Shown in pieces: positions 51,085 through 60,921 of a DNA stretch of 64,000 nt. The translations under genes and the position numbers were made by a program. The stretch is from a bacterium (GTDB lineage Bacteria > SAR324 > NAC60-12), in contig OZ242383.1 of NCBI GenBank assembly GCA_965209155.1, positions 480,001 to 544,000 of the forward strand. The letters are read 5' to 3'. Under the pieces are notes generated by a model, which saw only the letters and a list, made by a program, of their open reading frames with translations, was not told the DNA's origin and made no database searches. The first letter of the stretch is position 1; every line of letters begins with the position of its first letter.

Positions 51085-51432
51085 CTATTTCCCTGATTCT
51101 CTGAAAGAATTCGTATCAAATATGAGGATTATTTTTTGAATTTTTTGTCCTGACATTTCAAAGACCTGGGTCATTGTTGTTGAAACACCTTTTTTGGAAA
51201 ATCGATAAATTAAACACACCCGAGCCTCTTTTTCGAATGAGTAAATAATTTCATATTTCATGTTGTTTGGTGGATCCTTCCTCAGAGAGTCGAGGTATCC
51301 GTCTGCAGAATCAAATTGATAAAATGGCCCTTCGAAAATGAAATCATTTGCCAATAAGGGACGCAATGCGTCTATGTTTCTTCCTGAGTAAAATATTTCC
51401 ATGTATCGCAATGCCAAATCCAATACCTCCAT
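51085..51432 (-). CDS. SnoaL/NTF2-like protein
   Basis: LRPLLANDFIFEGP...KIQKIILIFDT. Confidence 0.7.
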   Translation of the reverse strand: MEVLDLALRYMEIFYSGRNIDALRPLLANDFIFEGPFYQFDSADGYLDSLRKDPPNNMKYEIIYSFEKEARVCLIYRFSKKGVSTTMTQVFEMSGQKIQKIILIFDTNSFRESGK

Positions 51433-51452
51433 TTCAATGACTCCCAGGCTTT

Positions 51453-51797
51453 TTATTGCTCTAATAAAGGATTCACTCCCCTGACGTTGATTCCATGGTC
51501 GTAAACTAAATCTCCTCCAGTCATACCAGACATCATTAATCCGATCAGCCCTATCAAAACAAGGATGACATAGAAAGTGGAATTTCCCGCATCAGTCCCT
51601 CGTACACGAGAACGCCAGCGCCAGAGTGTCAGGGCGGCGAAAAAAATAGTAACCGCAAAACTCCACATTTGATGGATTTCAATGACATCATGTAAAACAG
51701 TTGATTCGTAGGAGAAATGAGAGATCACCCCTGTGACACTGGCAATGAGCGCCCCCAGCGTGCCAATCCATAATAAAAGCCAAGAGGAAAAATTCAT
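51453..51797 (-). CDS. DUF2231-like membrane protein, probably N-terminally truncated
   Basis: SVTG, IEIH, G..GGDLVYDHG; lacks the usual N-terminal HP..VHFP motif. Confidence 0.6.
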   Translation of the reverse strand: MNFSSWLLLWIGTLGALIASVTGVISHFSYESTVLHDVIEIHQMWSFAVTIFFAALTLWRWRSRVRGTDAGNSTFYVILVLIGLIGLMMSGMTGGDLVYDHGINVRGVNPLLEQ

Positions 51798-52030
51798 TTT
51801 ACATCTTCAAATTTCAGTAAACGGAAAAGTCCTTTGGATGGCTTATAGATCTTGTCAGGGTATTTTTCGGTTAACTTCCAGACGCAACCGTTAACCGTTT
51901 TCGGATGAAAGGCGCGATTTGATGCCTCTATCTGTTTACGCAGTTCTGTCCAGCGCAAACCCTCCGGATTTTGCTCGAGCAACTCTAAGGCTTTTTCATA
52001 AATCAGTCCGGTGACGGTGGGTTTTCCCAT
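51794..52030 (-). CDS. Small hypothetical (winged-HTH-like) protein
   Basis: ALELLEQNPEGLRWTEL...IYKPSKGLFRL; RBS GGAG. Confidence 0.6.
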   Translation of the reverse strand: MGKPTVTGLIYEKALELLEQNPEGLRWTELRKQIEASNRAFHPKTVNGCVWKLTEKYPDKIYKPSKGLFRLLKFEDVK

Positions 52031-52054
52031 ATATTGTCATCTAGCTCCATTTGA

Positions 52055-52951
52055 TTATTCCTTTCCCGCCCTTTCTAAGTCGGCAATAATAATTTTCTTC
52101 ATCTCGAGCATTACCGGAGTGGTCTTTTCAGGATTCTTTGAGATCAGTTCTCCCATATTCTCGGGCAAGATGATCCAGGAAATGCCATACTTGTCTTTAA
52201 CCCAGCCGCATTGCTCCGATTCTGAAACGGCTGAGAGTTTGTTCCAAAAAAAATCTATTTCTTCTTGATCTTTGCAATTGATTATGAATGAAATGGCTTC
52301 ATTGAACGTGAAATGGTGTTCATGCGCACTATCCATAGCTGCAAACCACTGTCCTTCGAGTTTGAAGTCTGTGAACATGATGGTACCTTCTTTGTCTGGT
52401 TCAGACCCTGCCGGATAGCGCGCAATCGCCCCTCTCTTGGAATGATTAAAGATGGAGAGGTAAAAATCAGATGCCTCTTGAGCCTTACCACACAAATTTC
52501 CAACGAATAATAGTGAAGGAATAATCGGAGGTCGCTCCTCCCCTTCAGGATTTGTATATATCAACTGCCAGGATACACCATACTTATCTTGTATCCATCC
52601 ATAATGTTCACTGAATGGGTACTTGTCCAAGGGCATAAGTACCTCACCCCTCGTGGAAAGCTTTTCCCAAACTTCATCAATGCGCCTTCTGGCCTCTACG
52701 TCTTGAGATGGATCAAAATTGACTATGAAGGAGATAGATGGATTTTTTTTGAAATGAGGACCGGCGCTTATTGCCATGAAGTGATAACCCATGAGCTCGA
52801 ATCCGACAATGTCGCAGTCTCCTGATGGAGTATTTTGCATTATTGAATGTTGCGTGACCTTTGAATCTTTGAAGATTGAAGTGTATAACCCTGCAGCTTC
52901 TAATCCTTCTTTATCAAACCATAAATGGGGCACAATCTTTTGTTTTATCAA
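52055..52951 (-). CDS. VOC superfamily, two-domain 3-demethylubiquinone-9 3-methyltransferase/PhnB-like protein
   Basis: KIVPHLWFD, GWIQDKYGVSWQ, FNEAISF, CGWVKDKYGISW. Confidence 0.9.
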   Translation of the reverse strand: MIKQKIVPHLWFDKEGLEAAGLYTSIFKDSKVTQHSIMQNTPSGDCDIVGFELMGYHFMAISAGPHFKKNPSISFIVNFDPSQDVEARRRIDEVWEKLSTRGEVLMPLDKYPFSEHYGWIQDKYGVSWQLIYTNPEGEERPPIIPSLLFVGNLCGKAQEASDFYLSIFNHSKRGAIARYPAGSEPDKEGTIMFTDFKLEGQWFAAMDSAHEHHFTFNEAISFIINCKDQEEIDFFWNKLSAVSESEQCGWVKDKYGISWIILPENMGELISKNPEKTTPVMLEMKKIIIADLERAGKE

Positions 52952-53325
52952 TTCCTCTCCTCCACTACCGTCTTGAATCCTCCATAAGCCATTTTTTTGA
53001 TGTCAAAAGGCATAGGCATATCCTTATTCTTTGGATCATTGAGAACCGGATCTTTCATCACTTTTGCATTGACCAGATTTCTATGCTTCTTGGACTGATA
53101 GACAATAAATGAAAAAAATACGACCTCTCCCGGTTTGGCCTTCGTCATTTTCGGAAATGCCAGTCCCTTCCATTCCTCAACGCTTTTCATATCGTCTCCC
53201 ATACACTCCAAATACTCTAAAGCGCCATATTTTTTCCAAATCTTTCCTGCCTCAGATGCCATTTTCTTATAGGCTTTCAGTTTGTTTTTCTTCACCACAA
53301 ACACGAATCCATCTACGTAAGTCAT
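52948..53325 (-). CDS. DUF1428 family protein
   Basis: MTYVDGFV, GALEY.EC.GDD, MPFD.KKMAYGGF. Confidence 0.9.
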   Translation of the reverse strand: MTYVDGFVFVVKKNKLKAYKKMASEAGKIWKKYGALEYLECMGDDMKSVEEWKGLAFPKMTKAKPGEVVFFSFIVYQSKKHRNLVNAKVMKDPVLNDPKNKDMPMPFDIKKMAYGGFKTVVEERN

Positions 53326-53336
53326 AATATTTACCT

Positions 53337-53500
53337 CTACCTTTTACTTTCCTGGTATAAAACCAGTCAATTTCCTTCCGTATCCATGAATGCCGCAATC
53401 CATCCTTCTCCAAGCGCAATTCCTGTCTCGGGAATGCAAAAAGTACCACCATTGTCTTTTGTTGTCATCAATAGAATCAACGCTCGACAAATTGCACTCC
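53337..53500 (-). pseudogene. VOC/glyoxalase C-terminal remnant
   Basis: VDSIDD...NGG...PETGI..GEGWIAAFMDTEGN*L. Confidence 0.55.
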
Positions 53501-54138
53501 CTCTATCACATTAGCTGATCGTTAAGATCCGTCTAATCGGATTACAATTCTTGATTTTATTTGTTTGAATGGTTTTGTCAAGATCAAATATCATCAATCA
53601 TCCCTTTAAAATACCGAATTTTCCAAACTTTCAAGCCTGACACATTGACAATCAAGGGTCCAAAGGGATACGTGAAAACTCATCTTCTGCAAATCAATTC
53701 CAACAAAAAAAGGGATTGACCTGATAATGATTCAATATTATCCTTTTTATGACAGTCTCCTCTAAAGGGTTGTTTGTAAGCGGACAAGGAGCGTTTCGGA
53801 TTCGATGGTAGCGCAAATGCGTGGTGTCTTGTCGTAGCGGTCGAATTCCATCTCGGAATTTCCTGATGTGGCCGCACCAAAGGCATCTGGTGTCCGCGCG
53901 CAACGGAGCAGAGCAGGATAAAAACAGAAACTCTTGAATCATTCAGAAAACAAAATAAACTTAAATGAGGAATTCAATGAATCTTCCATATATCCACACC
54001 GAACGACTATCGGATTAACCTCTGTCAAAGGATTACCCTAAAGATTTTTGACAATGGATTTGCGAAGGATTCGATATCACTTGCAACGAGACGCAAACTT
54101 AAAAATGAATTAGCCTATAGAATCAGGGAGGTTACGAA

Positions 54139-54561
54139 ATGGAAAATAAAGCACAGGTTGTTAAACACCTGGAAATGATTCAGGCGGTCATCAACCGCTT
54201 GGGCCATGACTCCTTCCTGGTCAAGAGTTGGAGTATGATCCTTCTAGTTGGCGGAATTGTCCTGGTTTCAAGAAGTGTACTTGAATACGGGTACATTGCC
54301 TTGGCATTCCTGATTCCAGTAATAGGTTTCTGGATGCTGGATGGTTATTTTCTGTGGCAAGAGCGGTTGTTTCGGGAAATTTATAATGAGGTCAGGGAGC
54401 AAGAAACAACACGTTTTGAAATGAATCCCATGAAACATATCAACAAACCAAAACGCAGTTGGCTTTCGTCTGTTTTCTCAGTCACGCTGAACATATTCTA
54501 TGGTATCGAAATTTTATTTGTATGCGTAATCTTTTTCAGCCTGAAAACAGGAGGATTTTAA
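54139..54561 (+). CDS. Small membrane protein typical of TIR-associated defence loci
   Basis: HLEMIQAVINRL...SFLVKSWS, FWMLDGYFLWQERLFR..Y; hydrophobic helices. Confidence 0.75.
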   Translation: MENKAQVVKHLEMIQAVINRLGHDSFLVKSWSMILLVGGIVLVSRSVLEYGYIALAFLIPVIGFWMLDGYFLWQERLFREIYNEVREQETTRFEMNPMKHINKPKRSWLSSVFSVTLNIFYGIEILFVCVIFFSLKTGGF

Positions 54562-54563
54562 TC

Positions 54564-54893
54564 ATGGCACCAAAAAGAAAAGTTATTTATAGCTTCCACT
54601 ATAAGCCAGATAACTGGCGTGCGTCACAAATCAGAAATATAGGTTTGGTTGAAGGCAACAAACCCGCCTCAGATAACGATTGGGAAATAATTACAAAAGG
54701 AGGTGATAATGCGATTAGTCGTTGGATAGATAGTCAGGTGCAGTACAGGTCCTGCGCGGTTGTCCTTGTCGGAACCAACACTGCGAATAGAAAGTGGATC
54801 AATTATGAAATAGTCAAAAGCAAGAGCTTTCTCCGGAGACTATTTCCATTGTCTGTTTTCAGCGACAGTGAGCCACATCCGAAGTGGAGATGA
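54564..54893 (+). pseudogene. ThsB-like TIR domain (DUF1863), apparently C-terminally truncated
   Basis: V.YSFHY..DNWRASQIRN, VVLVGTNTANRKWINYEI.KS, after which homology appears to end. Confidence 0.8.
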
Positions 54894-54943
54894 AAGTTAT
54901 TTTAGTCGAGAAATTGAAAGAAGACTGAATTAAACGGATTGAT

Positions 54944-55591
54944 TCACTTCGATTCTTTGAGAATCACCTTTCTGAATGTGAGCGAAATTCTACGCTGCCT
55001 TTCATACTTTTGACCATCCCATATATCTGACCGTCGGGGAGCAATACCGTGAAACCATTCATATCTGGCTTCATCCTTCAAAACGATAATACTCCTTGGC
55101 GCAAGCCAGACAGGAATCTTTTTCGTTTTGTCCAATTTGTTTGTGAAATCCATAACACAAGCTGAAATCAAACTCAAAGAGACAATCGTATCTTCAAAAC
55201 AGGGTGCACAATCAATGTGACTTGCAATCCCATGTCCGGGTTTATATTCATTGACAATAACCTGGTCTGGTTCTGTTGGCATGTAGCCATCTTCTTTTAG
55301 TTTTCGACCAAGTGTTTGCAGCCATTTCGGCAAATGATCAATGCGCATATCAAGGTTCACGTGCCTCGCTTTGTAGTCGTACTTGAATCCGTAATGTTGA
55401 ACACGACGCTTAAGATCACTAAGCCACTGCTGTTCGTCAATATGATGTAATAGCTGCGTTTGCTCCCATTCATCTATGTAGTCTTCTTTATAACTGAATC
55501 CCTTGATTGAATTAATTGCTTCCTGATTGCTTGAAAGAGATCGTGATCGGGGTGATTGTTGGTCGAGTGAGGGGAAGCTTAATTGTTCCAT
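54944..55591 (-). CDS. AlkB-family 2OG-Fe(II) dioxygenase
   Basis: LKRRVQHYG..YDY, NEYKPG.GIASHID, WFHGI, RRISLTFR. Confidence 0.92.
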   Translation of the reverse strand: MEQLSFPSLDQQSPRSRSLSSNQEAINSIKGFSYKEDYIDEWEQTQLLHHIDEQQWLSDLKRRVQHYGFKYDYKARHVNLDMRIDHLPKWLQTLGRKLKEDGYMPTEPDQVIVNEYKPGHGIASHIDCAPCFEDTIVSLSLISACVMDFTNKLDKTKKIPVWLAPRSIIVLKDEARYEWFHGIAPRRSDIWDGQKYERQRRISLTFRKVILKESK

Positions 55592-56055
55592 TTTTTGTCT
55601 TCCTTCAGTCGAATCGAGTCGTTGAAAAGTAGATCATTGAAAACTTTGGCATTATGAAGTGATCCAGTAATCAGGCTGTCATAGCAAAACCACTGGATAC
55701 TGGATTCGATGATTCGACTTCTAAACCCCGTAAGGTTTTTTAAGGATTTCCCAATTTTCGTGTAACCGTGAAAAGTCGGAATTCTGATACATTATGCGCA
55801 AATTATGTTTGCTGTATTTTTCCACAATCTGAACCATTGCATCAGACAAGGCCCTAATGTCTAGTGAACGGCTTGGAGGAGGCAGGCCATCGATTATTTG
55901 ATTGGGAACGAGTCTGTTTTTTTGCCCCCTTATCATTTAATCAAATGCCTGACTGCTTCCGTTCCTATGATTCGCAGGGTTCCCGCTTCGCTCATAGGGC
56001 TCCCGTCCCCAATGTTCGCTCCGTTCTGCCTTCATTCATTTGGAAATATAAATTA

Positions 56056-56325
56056 CCTGAGTTCGAGATAAGCATTTAATAAATTCAATATGTTATGGAA
56101 TCTTCATAACTTCGAGAAACCGTGTCTTTCCTGCGAAACTTGTCCACGCGAAAACGGGGAGCGGGGAGCCTGGAGCAGAAATCCAGGAGCGTGTCATTCC
56201 TGGCACAGTGAGAGTCATTCCTGGCTTGACCAGGAATCCAGCACGAACCCTGGATACCGGATCAAGTCCGGTATGACACATACACCAGGATTCTCATATT
56301 TTTGAAGATTTATGTCGAACTCAGG
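56056..56325. mobile_element. MITE copy 2 with longer palindromic cargo
   Basis: TIR CCTGAGTTCGA; arms match 48678-48894. Confidence 0.85.
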
Positions 56326-56497
56326 TTAAATACCAACTTGATGGCTGAAACCCACTCGCAACAACTCCAATAATTCATCCGGGTTTTGAAGACTATTGAA
56401 CATTTCTTTAAATTCCATTATTGTCAATTCCAATTTCATGGGGCTTTCTCCTTAAGTAGGTATATATGGGACATCATCAACCTACCAGGAAAGTCTT
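56326..56497 (-). mobile_element. Possible IS256-like left-end remnant
   Basis: End AAGACTTTCCTGG, RBS AAGGAG, MKLELTIMEFKEMFNSLQNPDELLELLR, cut at the MITE. Confidence 0.45.
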
Positions 56498-56747
56498 ATG
56501 GATTCAACCCTACTCAATTTCGCAAAATTTAATTTACACTATCTGCGAAAAAACACTTGGTTAGAACTCAGAGGACTTCACAAGTCTTTTTTTCAGCAAA
56601 TTGATTACGGATGCCTTGATAAACCTTATTTGAAACTACACAGTTTGTTTAATATTTCCCAACGGGTTTTCCACCAGTGCTGCATAAGAGGATCCAAAAT
56701 TATCTTTTTCTACTTCCTCGTTATTCGGCAAAGATCAGGAGTATTGG

Positions 56748-57827
56748 ATGAGAGAGGATAAAATTAAGATCGGAAAAGCTGTGCAAACTCATCTGTTTTC
56801 GGAATGGCAAGGGCAACGAAAAGAACCTGATGTAGGCGACATGTTCGCTCGCGACCAAGTAAAAATTTACTTTGACAGAGCCGAAAATCTTTATGAATCG
56901 TGGCGAAATCCCACATGTATCATTTCTGACGGTCCATACGGCGTCAGCGGTTATCCCGGCGATAGCCACAAGACTGAAACCCTTACCGATTGGTATGAAC
57001 CTCACATCAAGTCTTGGAGTAAGTACTCTTCCCCTGAAACAACGCTTTGGTTCTGGAACACCGAAGTTGGCTGGGCAACGGTACACCTGCTGCTGTTAGC
57101 TAATGGCTGGGAGTATCGTTGCTGTAATATTTGGGATAAAGGGTTGGGGCACGTTGCAGGCAACGTGAACACGCAGACACTACGCAAATTTCCGATTGTT
57201 ACCGAGGTTTGCGCACAATACGTCAAGACTGCCGTGTTTCAAGTGGACAACAACCATCTGACTATGAAAAAATGGCTTCGTTATGAATGGAAACGAACGA
57301 AATTACCATTTCGTCTGGCTAATGAAGCGTGTGGAGTGCTCAACGCGGCGACCAGAAAATATTTAACTGCTGATCATCTTTGGTATTACCCACCCGTGGG
57401 AGCTTTCGTGAAGCTGTCGCAATACGCGAATGAACATGGCGACCCGAAAGGACGACCCTATTTCAGCATTGATGGAAAGGATCCTATTCCCGGTCACCAA
57501 TGGGCCAAGTTGCGGGCGAAATTTACTTGTGACGTGGGGGTGACCAATGTTTGGCGTGAACCGCAGGTTAGCGGATCGGAAAGAATTCAGGGAACGAGAA
57601 ACGAAATGAAGTACAAATTCAGTAGCTTACACGGTAGTCAGAAACCTTTGAAGTTTACCGAGCTTATCATCCGTGCTACGACGGATAAAGGCGACGTCGT
57701 ATGGGAGCCTTTCGGTGGTCTGTGTCCGGGAGCGGTGGTCTCCCACCACCTTGGGCGTCAATACTACGCCGCCGAGATTATTCCCGAGTTTTATACCGCA
57801 GCGGTGGAAAGGCTTGCCACATCATGA
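56748..57827 (+). CDS. Beta-class amino (m6A/m4C) DNA methyltransferase
   Basis: ISDGPYG (DPPY-like motif IV) near the N-terminus; HGSQKP and VWEPFGGLCPG (motif I-like) near the C-terminus. Confidence 0.85.
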   Translation: MREDKIKIGKAVQTHLFSEWQGQRKEPDVGDMFARDQVKIYFDRAENLYESWRNPTCIISDGPYGVSGYPGDSHKTETLTDWYEPHIKSWSKYSSPETTLWFWNTEVGWATVHLLLLANGWEYRCCNIWDKGLGHVAGNVNTQTLRKFPIVTEVCAQYVKTAVFQVDNNHLTMKKWLRYEWKRTKLPFRLANEACGVLNAATRKYLTADHLWYYPPVGAFVKLSQYANEHGDPKGRPYFSIDGKDPIPGHQWAKLRAKFTCDVGVTNVWREPQVSGSERIQGTRNEMKYKFSSLHGSQKPLKFTELIIRATTDKGDVVWEPFGGLCPGAVVSHHLGRQYYAAEIIPEFYTAAVERLATS

Positions 57828-58741
57828 GCGAGGAGAATGGTTTGACGGTCCCATCCAGAGACTTCCCATCCACAAATGATGAGCACTATAAACTATACAG
57901 GGATGTGCGTGAGGCCATATCCTCTTTACCGATCTACTTCCGTACAGAAACTCATATCTCTGGAATTATGGCTACCGATCTTCATACGCTGAATACTGTT
58001 CTTGGAGCGACGATTGAAGAGCAGGTTGTCCGTACCTTGAATCTGATTCGCAACACGTGGGACCCGGATGAGAATTACACTCTTTATAGCTTTGTGAGGC
58101 AGGCACAAACGTTCCCTGACGTCCTTCTGCGCAGGACATCCACAGAAGAGATTCTCTTGGGAATCGAGTTGAAGGGATGGTACTTGCTGGCGAAAGAAGC
58201 GGAACCCAGTTTGAGATTTCAGGCAACCGCAGACGCCTGCGCAAGGCGTGATTTAATCGTCGTGGTTCCATGGGTCTTGGGGAATGTGATCAGTGGGTCC
58301 CCCATCCTATTTGAACCGTTTGTCGAGTCAGCTAAGTATGCAGCTGAATATCGAAATTACTACTGGCAGTACGTTCGCAAAACCAAGCAGGACACATACA
58401 TCGAGATTTCAAGTGGAGTCAGTCCATATCCTTCAAAGTCAGATCAGATTCTCGATAGACCACGTTCTGATGGCGGCAGTAACTTTGGCCGACTGGCACG
58501 TACAGGTATGATGGACTCATACATACGGAAGCTCAATGAGGTCCAACTATGTGGTATCAAGACAGACCACTGGCGTCAATTCTTGAAGGCCTTTCAAGAG
58601 AGCACTACTGATGCTGAAGCACAAGCTGCCCTCGAGCGTCTCAATAGAAGGGTGCAGCAAACGACTGACATTGATTGCCCAAAGGCTAAATCTGCGTTGG
58701 TGATTATAGCCGAACTTGAAAATCTTCTGGACTCAGAATAA
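57824..58741 (+). CDS. Putative type II restriction endonuclease
   Basis: FPDVLL...GIELK PD-(D/E)xK motif; ATGA overlap with the methyltransferase. Confidence 0.72.
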   Translation: MSEENGLTVPSRDFPSTNDEHYKLYRDVREAISSLPIYFRTETHISGIMATDLHTLNTVLGATIEEQVVRTLNLIRNTWDPDENYTLYSFVRQAQTFPDVLLRRTSTEEILLGIELKGWYLLAKEAEPSLRFQATADACARRDLIVVVPWVLGNVISGSPILFEPFVESAKYAAEYRNYYWQYVRKTKQDTYIEISSGVSPYPSKSDQILDRPRSDGGSNFGRLARTGMMDSYIRKLNEVQLCGIKTDHWRQFLKAFQESTTDAEAQAALERLNRRVQQTTDIDCPKAKSALVIIAELENLLDSE

Positions 58742-58826
58742 AAGAGCGATACACTAGAATTAGATGAGGGGTTCATTTGGAGACTTCCAAAGCCTTCATT
58801 TCACCAACACGACAGAGATTTTGATA

Positions 58827-59927
58827 ATGAAAATATGTGCCTTATGTGATACGGAAATCACAAGGAATAATGATACAAAGGAACATGTGATACCTAATGC
58901 CATTGGTGGCAGAAAAAAAATAAAGGGTTTCATTTGTAAAAATTGCAATAGTAAATCAGGTGCGGAATGGGATGCTGATTTAGCCAATAAGCTGAATCCC
59001 TTGAGCCTTATCTTCAGGATACAAAGAGAAAAAGGTGAAGTACCAGCTCAATCCTTCAAAACAACTGGTGGAGAGGAATATATTCTTAATACTGATGGTA
59101 GCATGAGTCTTACAAAGCCTGTGTGTTCAGAACAAAAATATGAAAATGGCGCTGAAATCGGAATCCAAGCTCGCTCAGAAAAAGAACTAAAAAAAATGCG
59201 GAAAGGAGTAATAAGAAAATACTCGCAAATTTATCCAGGTCACCATATTGAAAATGCTAAACATTCATCTAAATATTCCACCAAAAGATTTCTAATGAAT
59301 TATTCGTTTGATGAGCAAAAAGCAGGACGTTCGATGATAAAATCAGCTCTGTCACTCGCTGTAGAAAATGGAATCCCTCCTGCAGATTGTGAACATGCAC
59401 GTGATTATTTATTGAATGATAACAGTGAAGCCTGTTATGGCTACTATTATGAGCAAGACTTGGTCGTAAACAGACCTTGGGAAGTACCTTTCCATTGTGT
59501 TGCCGTACAGGGAACTCCTGATTCAGGTCTCCTTGTGGCATACGTTGAATATTTTGGTTTTCTGAGAATGATAGCTTGTTTATCCAGCAATTATACCGGA
59601 AATGAGTTCAACAGCGTATATGCCATAGATCCTGTCAATGGAACAGAACTTGATCTCTCAATTAATTTGAATATTTCAAAGGAAAAAATTAAGTCTGCGT
59701 ATCGAGGTGAAAAAGCACCGGAATGTTCTTTAAAATGCGCGTTGGGAAACGTCATTCGGATACATCAAAAACTAGAGTTACATCGTGTATTCAATAAGGC
59801 TTTTGATAATGCTCTGTCAAAGTGTGGTGTAAAAAAAGATCAAACATTATCAACTGAACAAATGAGCAAATTAGGAGATTTGTTCATGACAGAAATATAC
59901 CCTCTGCTACCACATCTTATTGGTTGA
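58827..59927 (+). CDS. HNH endonuclease (HNH_5-like) with a long C-terminal domain
   Basis: CALC...EHVIPNAIGG...CKNCN..G..WD. Confidence 0.85.
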   Translation: MKICALCDTEITRNNDTKEHVIPNAIGGRKKIKGFICKNCNSKSGAEWDADLANKLNPLSLIFRIQREKGEVPAQSFKTTGGEEYILNTDGSMSLTKPVCSEQKYENGAEIGIQARSEKELKKMRKGVIRKYSQIYPGHHIENAKHSSKYSTKRFLMNYSFDEQKAGRSMIKSALSLAVENGIPPADCEHARDYLLNDNSEACYGYYYEQDLVVNRPWEVPFHCVAVQGTPDSGLLVAYVEYFGFLRMIACLSSNYTGNEFNSVYAIDPVNGTELDLSINLNISKEKIKSAYRGEKAPECSLKCALGNVIRIHQKLELHRVFNKAFDNALSKCGVKKDQTLSTEQMSKLGDLFMTEIYPLLPHLIG

Positions 59928-60079
59928 GATCATAAAGCCACATGACAAACCCTTCCGATTGTTACAGTTCGACAAATCGAGATATAAATCGACCATGTAA
60001 AACATAGTTTCGATAATAGCCGCGTTGCCCGAGTCACTCATCACGTTAAAAGCAACGCGCACTAATCTTATCTGGGAAT

Positions 60080-60690
60080 TAAACCACCCTCAGCTGAAGC
60101 TGAGGGATTTAGGCAAAGGGCTATAAGCCCAACATTCAGCTTAAGCTGTCATTCGAGCCGGATATTCTCAATGTGATCCGGTTGATGGGCATCAGAGTGA
60201 TTGTTGATATATTCATGAATCATTTCATCAGTCACATTACCACTGGTCGCACTAAAAAATCCTCGCGCCCAGAAATGTCGGCCCCAATAGCGATTTTTCA
60301 AAATAGGTTGGAATTCCATTTGAATTTTTCGCGAACTCCGCCCTTTGGCTTTTTGTACAAAATCACTGACACTCACATGAGGGGGAATTGAGACAAAAAG
60401 ATGAACATGATCAGAAGAAACAACCCCGCTTTCAATATGGACTCGCATCTCTTCAGCCACTTGGCCGACAATATCGCGACCCCTCTTCTTGATCTCCTGA
60501 TTCATGATTTTGTAACGATATTTGGTAATCCACACCAGGTGAAAGCGATGATGATAGGTGCTGTGGCTCCCTTTTGAATATGAAGTTCCCATGGAATGAG
60601 ATACAACTATTTCATGGGAAATCTCAATGCAATTCTAATTTTGACTGAAGCTCTCTTTCCATCTGGAAGACGGAGGATTTAGACCATTTA
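60080..60690 (-). mobile_element. IS200-like element (tnpA only)
   Basis: Subterminal hairpin CCCTCAGC-TGAA-GCTGAGGG at 60087-60106; related sequence near 60650-60680; boundaries approximate. Confidence 0.75.
60149..60592 (-). CDS. tnpA: IS200/IS605 Y1 transposase
   Basis: HLVWITKYR, DHVHL (HUH), KGRSSR, FWARGFF...G. Confidence 0.95.
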   Translation of the reverse strand: MGTSYSKGSHSTYHHRFHLVWITKYRYKIMNQEIKKRGRDIVGQVAEEMRVHIESGVVSSDHVHLFVSIPPHVSVSDFVQKAKGRSSRKIQMEFQPILKNRYWGRHFWARGFFSATSGNVTDEMIHEYINNHSDAHQPDHIENIRLE

Positions 60691-60921
60691 TGAGACATTG
60701 AAGTCTTTCCCATTGTGTATCACTGACATCACGGTTATAACCTGAACGTTTCATGTTCACTCCATGTTATTTAAGGTTTCATTTCTCTCAAAATGAATGG
60801 GATATGGAACACTTCCAATAGGAAGCTCAACTTATTTCAAACAGGATCTGAATATTCCTCTGTACAGAGGGATGGGGATGTACTAGTCTGACTGTACTAT
60901 TTCTCACGCAAGGACGTCGAC

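Noticed and set aside
54060..54125. c-di-GMP-I riboswitch (GAGACGCAAA)
   Set aside because: Lacks the GGCAAA...GAAA P1/P2 architecture
59935..60060. attC after the HNH gene
   Set aside because: Only a short hairpin (GCGTTGC/GCAACGC); R and L boxes are not in register
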